Source of the DNA: Neoconidiobolus thromboides FSU 785
Lineage: Eukaryota > Fungi > Entomophthoromycota
Direction: 5' to 3'
Assembly (NCBI GenBank): GCA_025603075.1
Contig: MU626316.1
Location: 1 to 64,000 of the forward strand
Length of the DNA: 64,000 nt
Positions 54,711-64,000 of this stretch are shown here, piece by piece. Each line of letters starts with the position of its first letter. The stretch's first letter is position 1. The notes beneath the pieces are model-generated. The model worked only from the letters and a program-made list of their open reading frames with translations. It had not been told where the DNA came from and did not search any database. A program made the position numbers and the translations under genes.

Positions 54711-55018
54711 TTCTGTGCCATTACGTTTTTCTGCTCTATCAGATCCATATTAATAGATAAAAGAACCTTATAGAAACTAATACTTGATCTTTTTTGAGCA
54801 AAAAGAAAGTCATTGGTTTTAATAGTAGTTATTTTAGATGTCTAAATATAATATACTTTTTATACAAAAAAATTAAACTACTACAATTATCCATCTTTAC
54901 TAGTAAATTAACCACACAAAAAGAAGGTTATTTTAGAAACGCCCTTAGAAGTGAAAAATAAAACTAGTTTCAATTGATTCCAGCCAACAAGAAGCTTCCT
55001 TAGTACAATGGTGATGTA

Positions 55019-55116
55019 TGTGGATGTTTTTTTGACTCCATTACTTTTTCCGTTTTAAACGCTATTTGGATGAAAAGATTATTAGTAAAATTCTTAAACA
55101 AAAAAATACATTCCCA
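55019..55116 (-). mobile_element. MITE copy 12
   Basis: Flanks TA/TA. Confidence 0.85.
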
Positions 55117-55225
55117 TATGGAAATTTAACTTCCAGGTTATTATGGGTTTGATTCCTATAGTAAGCTGTTGATCATTACTAATTGAGATGTAGAGCTCAG
55201 ACTTCTAGTGTATGATTGACTAAAT

Positions 55226-55327
55226 TGGGATGTTTTCTTTTGACTTCACTACTTTTTTCATCTCTTAAGAACTATTTAAGCGGAAAGATTGTTAGTAAAA
55301 TTCTTAAACACAAAAGTACATCCCCCA
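55226..55327 (-). mobile_element. MITE copy 13, in the last exon of pseudo-SDR-B
   Basis: Target duplication not resolvable. Confidence 0.85.
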
Positions 55328-56580
55328 CAAGTTATCTTGTAACTTTTTGCATTTTTCCAATAATTTAGTTACATAAATAATTGGTTTGCAAAATGAAGGA
55401 AATTATCAAATATTTTATTTAATAGAGCTAATCTTAGCATAGATATAATCCCTTGTAATGGGATTTTAATAAGATAATTCTCAGCTCAGTCGATTCCTTT
55501 TTGGCTTATAGAATCCTAGCAAAATAACTCAGTTTTTACTATTCCTAAATGATCAATGTAGTCTAAGGAAAGAGAGATAGGTTGCTACTTGTTATGTCTC
55601 TATTTGTCAAAAACTTTAAAATAAATTGAACTTGATATGGAATATGTCTTTTAAATGTATAAGTACCCACAACTACCTTACTTTGCTTTTGTATAATGTT
55701 TTATATTATTATATTTATTCTGAACATTAAGTCTTGAAAGTTACCATTAGAAACTAATAGAAGATTCTAAATTAACTAACATATTATTGAATATTGAATG
55801 AAAACTAGGCATCTAATGCACCAATAAAGATGAATTAAGAATTTTTAGATTTTTAGTCTTAACCAATTCTCTTTCAATAAATTATAGAGTAAGAAAATGG
55901 ACTAAATAATAGACTTTTCAAGTCAACTCGAGTCCATCCTAACTTTTTTAGTGTTCTTTGACCCTCGTAATACGAACACTACTGACCACTAAATTTAATA
56001 ATAATCGTCTACTTTATAATTCTATAGTAAACGCTTTCACTGATTTAAAACTAGTGAGATGTAATGGAATAAGCTCTATCTTACCATTAGAGCCCACTCT
56101 AGAGTATGTCTTTTCTATAGCCACCTTCAATTTCTCTTGGGAATAAGAAACTTTTTTATTATCTTAGCTGCCCATTGACATACTATATTATTACTCAATG
56201 ACATAAAATAACATGAAACTTGGATTGAACTAACCAACAAGCAGTTTTAAAACCAGTACCAGGATTGCTACCTAAATGAAATATTAAAATTGTGCTTTTT
56301 GGTTGTTTCAATCAACTATGTTATTCAATTACTTATAACAATAGCTACTTTATTTTCTTCTTCCTTATGGTTTTTTACGTGATATTGAACCAAATTATAT
56401 AAATAAAAGTAAGGTTGCTTAAAATGATACAGAATCATGCTATTACTTGTTAACATATGTTCCTATATTCTTGCATTAGGATAATTACCAACAAATTGAT
56501 AATAAGGTGAAAATATTGTTGTAGGTACCATTGCCATGTCTAATTTTATAATAGAAAGCAGATTAGGATAAGATATTAAG

Positions 56581-56680
56581 TGGGGCTGTTTTTTTAACTT
56601 CATAACTTTTTCCATTTTTTGAGCGCTATTTAGGCGGAGAGATTGTTAGTAAAATTATTAAACAAAAAAATACATCCCCA
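56581..56680 (-). mobile_element. MITE copy 14, in exon 1 of pseudo-SDR-B
   Basis: Flanks AG/AG; empty site visible in paralogue SDR-C. Confidence 0.9.
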
Positions 56681-56740
56681 AGTCTAAAATTGATTATTTA
56701 CTTTTTTGGTATACTTTGGTGTTAAACTTTTTTCATTTTT

Positions 56741-56906
56741 AGAGTTAAAATGGCAACGTCGGATTTTTTTAGAGAAAAGGTCATAACTTTCCCTAGTATA
56801 ATTTAGAACTTTTTACTACTAAATCTAGTCAAATTTATGAATAAAAAATTTCAAATAAACTGAAAAAAGGCTTACTTTTAAAATCCGACGTTGCCATTTT
56901 AATTCT
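56741..56906. mobile_element. Putative second MITE: 27-bp inverted repeats (26/27 identical) enclosing ~110 bp
   Basis: AGAGTTAAAATGGCAACGTCGGATTTT ... AAAATCCGACGTTGCCATTTTAATTCT. Confidence 0.55.
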
Positions 56907-57023
56907 GGAAAATAATATTAAATGTTATAAACCATTAAGTTTTAACTCATAATGTATTAAACTATAAAAGAAATTAATAAACATCTTTACTTAATTATCA
57001 AAATATAAAACAAAAATAAAAAA

Positions 57024-58353
57024 ATGAATATAACGCCAAAGTATTCCAATAAAGTAGAGCAATCGATTTTGAACTTAATAGCTCGTCCTAAACTACCCTA
57101 TTTTATAAAAGCAAGTTTAACAATGGTAGCTGTCACAATGTTTCCACCCTTTTATCGAATTATTAGTAATTTTCCTGATGCAGAAACCCACGCTAACAAG
57201 TAATAGATCAACATTTATTATTTTAAAGCCAAAGATTATTTATTAATTATTTTTTATATATTTTAGTCTAATTCAACATCATTTAAAAAACCATAGTGAT
57301 GAAGAAAATAAAGTAGCTATTGTTACAGGTAATCTAATAGCAGAACTATTAATAGAAATGACTAAATCTTTATTATTGTCATTTAGGTGGTAATACAGGT
57401 ATTGGATTTGAAACCGCCCGTTGGTTAGTTAAAGCTAAATTCCATGTTATCTTAGGTAAGTCAAATAAGAATCAGTAAATAGAAAAAACAACTTATTGAT
57501 CAAAGCATGCCGTTCACAAGAAAAAGCGGAAGCAGCTATAGAAAAAATCCGCAACGAAGTAGGATTAGACAGTAAGGTAGAGTTTATGTCGTTAGATCTC
57601 ACCAGCTTTGAATCGGTAAAAAGCTTTGCTAAAGAATTCCAAAGTAAACAATTACCTTTGAATTTATTGATCAACAATGCTGGTATTATGGGGATTAAAG
57701 AGTTTCAAAAAAGTAAGGATGGGTTTGAATTGACTTTCCAAGTTAATTATTTAAGCCATTTTTTACTTTATAATTTATTGAAGGACGAGCTTATCAACAC
57801 TAAAAATTCAAAATTGATTAATTTGTCCTCATTAGCGCATTATATGGGTAAATTTCATTATCAACTATAATAATTCTAATACTAAAGGATTTTTTTAGCC
57901 TCTAATGGCAACTTTGAAGATATAGGTGATTCTAATAAATACAATGATCAAGATCAATATTCAAAAGCAAAAGCAGCTATTATCATGGGCACTTATGCAT
58001 TTAAGAGACATATATCGGATAGGGTTCAATGTAATTCAGGATCTTAACAATTATGATAATAAAAATAACCCATCTCTTTCTTAGGTTATGTCGTTCATCC
58101 AGGCCTAGTAAAAACAGAAATATTTCGCCATGATTCTAAAGTTCAAAAAACAGTAGATAGGTTTGGAAATAGTTTTATGAAAACTAGTTTACAGGGTACA
58201 TTGACAACGTTAAGATTAGCTCTTATTGATAAAATACCTAAAGATTCACTATATTTTGCGGATGAGTTACCAATTCAATCTAGTTATTTAACAAAAGATA
58301 TTGAGTTACAAGATAAGTTATGGATGCTTTCTAAAAAATGGACTTGCATTTAA
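57024..58353 (+). CDS. RDH12/WWOX-type SDR, copy SDR-C, 6 exons
   Basis: Same motifs and intron positions as SDR-A; frame intact. Confidence 0.92.
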
Positions 58354-58654
58354 AATAAGTCAACTTTAAGAGGGTTTATGTAGTCATTAACGTAATATAA
58401 GAAACCTCCAAATAAAAAGTTTCATTGATTAATTAGTTGATTTTTTAAATTTTATCAAAAGATTAAAGTTGATTTAGAAATTAGAAAAAGCTATGAAATA
58501 ATTTTTTTATAATGTAAAGCTTTTCATTTTTTAAATCGAGTATTAAAAAGTATCATTTTACTATAAAGCTTAATCAAAATTTTATAAAAAAGTATACAAA
58601 TGATATAAAGCCATAATAACATTTTGAATAAACTATAAAAATAGACTCAATAAA

Positions 58655-59229
58655 TTAATTCTGTTGATAAGCAGGCGGAGAAATATTAGCTTCCCTATAG
58701 TTAGGAGGGGGTATAAACTCATAAGAAACTAAATTAGTAGTTAATTGATTTCCTCTTTCATATGATTCTTGACTTTGGAATTTAGCTATTGTTGAATGAT
58801 TCAATCGTATATAGCTTGGTTGGTTTTTGATTGATCTTAAGGAGTGGACTAAATACTAGAAAAGGATTAGAAAACTAGCATAATATAATGGATGCCGTGT
58901 AATCAAATGAAACTTACCCAACCTTGTATAGCCATTATAATCCCCAAAATAATAAACAATGGTAATAAATAATGGTAAAAAATAATAGTATTATTATGAT
59001 AAACTAGAATTAATACCAATATTGTAAATAATAGCATAAATAGTATCAGAAATCGATAAATGTATGTTTTTAATATACTGAGTTTTAGCTGTATCTTTTG
59101 TTGTTTGTTGCCATAAAACATTACACGATAGATAGTATAGTTAAGTCCGGCCCTTATTGCATAGTTGTCCGCTATTGATATCTCAACTGAGTCTGGAGAG
59201 TCAAGGTAATTGGAATGAATATTATCCAT
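58655..59229 (-). CDS. 2-TM PPxY-tail membrane protein, copy PY4 (intron 58856-58917)
   Basis: Close paralogue of PY3; tail PPPNY...PPAY. Confidence 0.85.
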
Positions 59230-59544
59230 TTTTTATGATAAGTTGTAAGTTTCAATAAATAAGACTTTAAAAAATGAAAAAAATAAAACCTCAGAGATTA
59301 TAGATTATAGAAGTTTCCATTAAATAGTTGTGATCTTTTATTATAGGCTTTGTTTTTAAATTTTAGTTCTCCCCTTAAATTTTTTAAAATTATTCTTGCA
59401 TTTTATAAACAAATAGCCTATGGTTCTTTTATTCTTATTATCTTTGTGTTATTAACTATGCTTTAATAAATTTTGAGAAAATGATGGTCGTAGTTTAGTT
59501 CCTAGTTAATTTTACATATTGCTTTACTTGGTTTGGTAAGCATA

Positions 59545-59734
59545 TGGGGCTGTTTTTTTTGGTTTCATAACTTTTTCCATTTTTTAAGCACTATTCGAGC
59601 GGAAAAATTGTTAGTAAAATTACTAAATATAAAAATATATCACTATATGGGGATGTATTTTTTTACTAACAATTTTTCCGCTCGAATAGTGCTTAAAAAA
59701 TGGAAAAAGTTATGAAACCAAAAAAAACAGCCCA
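59545..59734. mobile_element. MITE copies 15 (-, 59545-59645) and 16 (+, 59648-59734), abutting across one TA
   Basis: Near-perfect palindrome; outer flanks TA/TA. Confidence 0.9.
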
Positions 59735-61374
59735 TATATTATATTACTTTTATTGTGTAAAACTATCAAATAATTAAAAATAAATAGTTGATAAAGTTCA
59801 ACTTATATATCTTACTAATTTTTTGTTAAAACTTCAAAATATTTTCAGTCTCTTGCGCCTTTTTCAATACAAATTGTAGTTGATTTGTTTTTTACTATAT
59901 TAGTAAACTACATTTTACTCTTACTAACGTTTTGATGTCTTTCCTCCAAATTTCAACTACCTACATTCACCTCTTTCTCCCTTATGTCCTTACATCGAGC
60001 TTTTGTTATAATTCAAAGCTTTGAACCACATATATTGCAACTCATTATCTGCTAACCATAAAATAGCTTCCCTAATATCCCCCCTTCTATTCTTCCTTCA
60101 TAGATTGCGTTACATAAAATGCAGTTCCAAGCCAACGAAGACAGTTTCGCTTAATTAAGAACTGACCAATTATAACTTAAGTACCTTTCTATAACTCTTT
60201 AGTCCCTTTTCCTCCATCCCGGTTCTTTTTCTGCTCATTGTCCCCTTTATCAATCAGGTTATCATTTGATTTTTCTTGAAAAAATAAAACACTTGGGAAT
60301 TCTGTTTTTTCAATATTTTAAAAAAAATTTAGAAGCTAAAAATTGCTTGAGTTGAATATACAGCATTCAAACACATCATTTAATCTGGATAATTTGTATC
60401 GTTTTTCATTTTAGCTAGCTGTTTAATTAAAGTGTGATAAAAGTATTATAGCGTAGAGTATTAATCAAAAATAAGTAAACATTTTTCCTTACACTTTTAT
60501 ATTAGTAGTCTATGTAAATAAACAATATTGAATAAAATAAAAAAGGTATTGATTTGAAAATCATAGAATCAAATACAAATTAGGTAAATTACAAGTTCGA
60601 AGTTATAGGCTAGCTGCATTTAGATGACATTATTTTTTTAATTTGCCAAAATTTGTCTTATACCAATTTAAAGATTTTATAGAAAATTATGTCTTGAATT
60701 CGTATAAAATAAATTCTTAGTAGATTGAAAAATAGGAAAACATTTAAATACAAATAGTTCTAACCATACTCAAAATAAAAAGTCAGTTTGATTTCGAATT
60801 GCGTTATATCAGATTCCAATAAATTTATAAAAGTTTGCATTGGAATCAAAGCTAAGTAGTTCAAAGTTGGGTATTTTTATAATGACAGCTACTATACTTA
60901 GACTGAATTTGATTTTAATCTAAGCTATCTCAAAGTTCAATTTTGGATCAATATTAAACTTCCAACTTAATTTAAACTTCTTACAACAAGACTTCTATAC
61001 TTATTGATGACCTTAAGCTTTAATCCAATGACCTGGGTATTTTTTGGATTGTTCTATCAATTATAATAATTGTTGATTAAGCATCAAAGATATATAAACA
61101 AGCGTTTCTTTATCAGAATTTGAGGACAAGGTTAAAAAGGTTTGTAAGTTTGATCCTAGACTCCAAAGTCAAACATTTCAAGTCGTACCATAGAAAGTTA
61201 TCAACTTTTGAATGTTTTTAATGAGAGAAATATAATCTTATTATATTAGCTATAAAAAAGTGATTTAAAAATTAAAAATTACGAAGCCTTAAATTACTGT
61301 GTATAAAAACTACAAAATCTTTCAGTTTTTCAATCTCTGTTTTTATTGACATTTTAATAATGTTAAAATAAGAA

Positions 61375-62550
61375 TTGAACATCATAAACTATTTCATCAA
61401 TATAGAAGAATTGTTATCGAATTTATAACTAATCGTGAGCTACCATACTTTACAAAAATAGTGATCTCAATTATAGTTATAATAACCTTTTTATGATATT
61501 ATTATTTTATTGATGATAATGCTGATTTAGAAATTCAAGTTAATAATTCAAATGATAAATGGTGAAAAAAAGCTACTTAAAACAATAACACTGGTCTTGG
61601 TTTTGAAGCTACTCACTGATTACTCTAAGTTAAATTGTCATGTTATCTTAAGTACATCAAGTAAAGAAATAAAAAATGATTCTAATAAATAACATCAATT
61701 AAAAATGTGTTGTTCATAAGGAAAAGCAGAACTAGAAATTGGGAATATAGACTATGAAGTAGAACCAGATAATGAGATACAATTTTTGATGTTAGGTCTC
61801 ATCAGCTTTATTTTTATGAGAGGATCCACTAATGAGCTTAAAAATTAAACTATTTCAATTAAATGTATTAGTTAATAATGGTAGTATAATGAGGACCAGA
61901 GAGTTTCAAACAAGTCAAGTTAGGTTGAAAGTAAGCCTTCAAGTGAACTATTTAGGTCCTTTTTTATTACATAAGTTGTTAAATCATGAACTTGTCAATG
62001 CTAAAAAATTTAAAATTATTGATTTATCCTCCATGAGTTGCTATATATTAATTATGTTTCATCAATATTTCTATGAAAGTGATTTTTGTTTATTAGTTTC
62101 CAACAGTAACTTTGAAGACATCAATGTTTAGAGTAAACATAGTAGTGTAAAATATTATGCAAAATCAAAAGCAGCATAATTATGAGTACTTATGTGTTCA
62201 AGAGACATATCTCATATCAAGATCAATATGAGTTTAAAGTCATAGAAAACAACCAAAGTAGTAGTACCGATTCGTCTTTGTTCTCTTAGGTCATATCGTC
62301 TATTCAAAATGAGTTAAAATGTAGTTATTATATTATGATTTTAAATATCAAAAAGGAGTGGATAGCTCTGTAAGTTTATTTATGAAGACTGATTTACAAG
62401 AAGCATTAACTACGTTAAAATTAACGTTCTTAGATGGAATAATATAATGACTCCCTTCATCTTTCGAATGAGTTTATCCAACTAAGCCATTGAATCAAAG
62501 AGGTTGAATTGTAAGATCAATTATGGAGTTTATATAATAAAATTAATAAT
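61375..62550 (+). pseudogene. SDR pseudogene SDR-D
   Basis: NNTGLGFEATH*, VLVNNGSIM, LQVNYLGPFLL; stops and damaged splice sites. Confidence 0.8.
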
Positions 62551-62739
62551 AAACTAATAAGACCATAGATCTTACACTTAAAAATGACAAATTTTACTAA
62601 ATTTATAAAAGTAAGTTAGAAATATATACTATTGAATTATTTAATTTCATTGATAATTAAGAGGCAAAGTGTTAGCTTGAGGGTAGGTAGGGGGTAGTAA
62701 AATAGAAATAGAAATTAAGTTACTATCAAATTCAGCTTA

Positions 62740-62838
62740 TGGGGATGTATTTTTTGTCTAAGAATGTTGCTACCAATTTTTCCGCTCAAATAGTGCTTAA
62801 AAGATCGAAAAAGTAATGAAATCAAAAAAACATCCCCT
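62740..62838 (+). mobile_element. MITE copy 17
   Basis: Flanks TA/TA. Confidence 0.85.
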
Positions 62839-63203
62839 TATCTTTCTTTAGCTTCCAACTCTTCAAATCTAGTTGTAGTGATTGAGTTTGATCGAATATA
62901 ATCAGATTAACTTCTGATAGATCTTAATGACTGTATAAAAAGCCAGAATCAATACAATTAATAACTACAATAAATTGATCATAATAGAATAGAATATAAG
63001 TTTAGTTTTATTTGATTATAGATGATTACTAAAACGAGAGAAAAAGGTGGTAATATGTATAATACAATTAATTTCTCATAATAAATTATATCCAAGACTA
63101 ATCATAGAATAAAGGGTGTAAAGAGAAAATCTAGAAGATAGCTAAATGTTTTTATTATACCTTACTTTAACTTTAACTTTATCTTTTCTTGTTCATTACC
63201 ATA

Positions 63204-63304
63204 TGGGGCTGTATTTTTGTGTTTGAGAATTTTACTAACAAATTTTCCACTCAAATAGCACTTAAAAGATAGAAAAAGTGATGAAGCCAAAAAAAATACC
63301 CCCA
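63204..63304 (+). mobile_element. MITE copy 18
   Basis: Flanks TA/TA. Confidence 0.85.
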
Positions 63305-63768
63305 TATACTATTATTTTACAGATAACATAATTCTATCTACTTTTAATGACATAATTTGCCATTTTAATCTTAATATTATTAGCCATATAGATAACATAC
63401 ATGATATGAATAATTAAAGGGAAAAAACCGATAAAGAAAAACTCTGTATAGTGATAAAAGTTATTATTAAATTTATTGAATTTTTTCTATGTGCTCTTAG
63501 AGTTATTTTTGAAAAATTAAATTAATATTTAATTTGAAATTTATTTTTAATTAATTTTTCAACTTAAAAAGGAATTAAATAGTAATAATATCAAACATTA
63601 TTATTATCTTTATTAATAAAGTTACCCTTGTTTAACTTACAATCAATGAGTTATTTTAATATTGAACTTTAATAAGTGAATATTGGTGGACTTGGTTTAT
63701 ATGGAATATTTTGATTATGTTAAATAGTATTTGTTGGTAAATACTCGAGCAAAAATCCAGTTAGAATA

Positions 63769-63863
63769 TAGGAGTGTTTTTTTGATTATTTTTTCCACTT
63801 TTTAAGCGCTATTTAAGTAGAAAGATTATTAATAAAATTCTTAAACACAAAAATACATCCCCA
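63769..63863 (-). mobile_element. MITE copy 19
   Basis: Flanks TA/TA. Confidence 0.85.
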
Positions 63864-64000
63864 TATCTTACCCACTTTTCATTAAAAAACGACATTATTT
63901 TCCGAGTTTTTTTCAAGATTATTTTCCAACCAATGGAAAAACAAATTTGAGAAAAAATTGAATAAAAGGGTTGATTACATCAATAAAAGGAAAAATAGAA

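Larger units (their letters stand above)
55200..56735 (-). pseudogene. SDR pseudogene SDR-B, carrying two MITE insertions
   Basis: Colinear nucleotide similarity to SDR-A and SDR-C exons, with stops and frameshifts. Confidence 0.8.

Noticed and set aside
59533-59715. Short ORFs overlapping MITE copies (also 5183-5404, 13356-13574, 25147-25347, 41304-41489)
   Set aside because: Chance read-through of the repeat; no shared start, stop or frame
49604-62550. Split-WWOX idea (WWOX-type SDR binding neighbouring PPxY proteins)
   Set aside because: The SDRs have no WW domain; their N-terminus is a hydrophobic segment, so there is no sequence basis for direct PPxY binding
5238-63863. CRISPR-like or tandem-array interpretation of the recurring 100-bp sequence
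   Set aside because: Copies are dispersed in both orientations with terminal inverted repeats and target duplications; there is no regular repeat-spacer period and no cas genes

Overview
Very AT-rich, intron-dense eukaryotic DNA with ~50-nt introns. The gene content (fungal Vac7, PX/DUF3818, C32A11.02c-like, a family-A-like GPCR pair, an F-box/LRR relic) points to an early-diverging fungus; a Conidiobolus-like zoopagomycete is plausible, but this is inference only. The left ~25 kb is a dense core block: SDR (partial), VAC7-like, PPT1/PP5, an orphan ORF, SNX3, RPL2, RPL6, tRNA-Val(AAC), an S9A oligopeptidase, a BPI/TULIP-like protein and a PX-domain protein. The rest is accessory: a Tc1 relic, two head-to-head GPCR paralogues, an Atf1-type bZIP, a small GPI protein, a Tubby-like ORF, and an array in which RDH12/WWOX-type SDR genes are interleaved with an unrecognised 2-TM PPxY membrane-protein family. 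Main hidden signals: (1) a U12-type AT-AC intron in PP5; (2) a ~100-bp TG..CA MITE family with 19 copies and a matched but variable 2-bp target duplication (TA, TT, AG), confirmed at one empty site, showing CpG transition decay and forming one ~190-bp near-perfect palindrome; (3) the PPxY/SDR array; (4) patchwork identity tracts over the extracellular loops of the GPCR pair. All counts and alignments were done by eye; no database search was possible.
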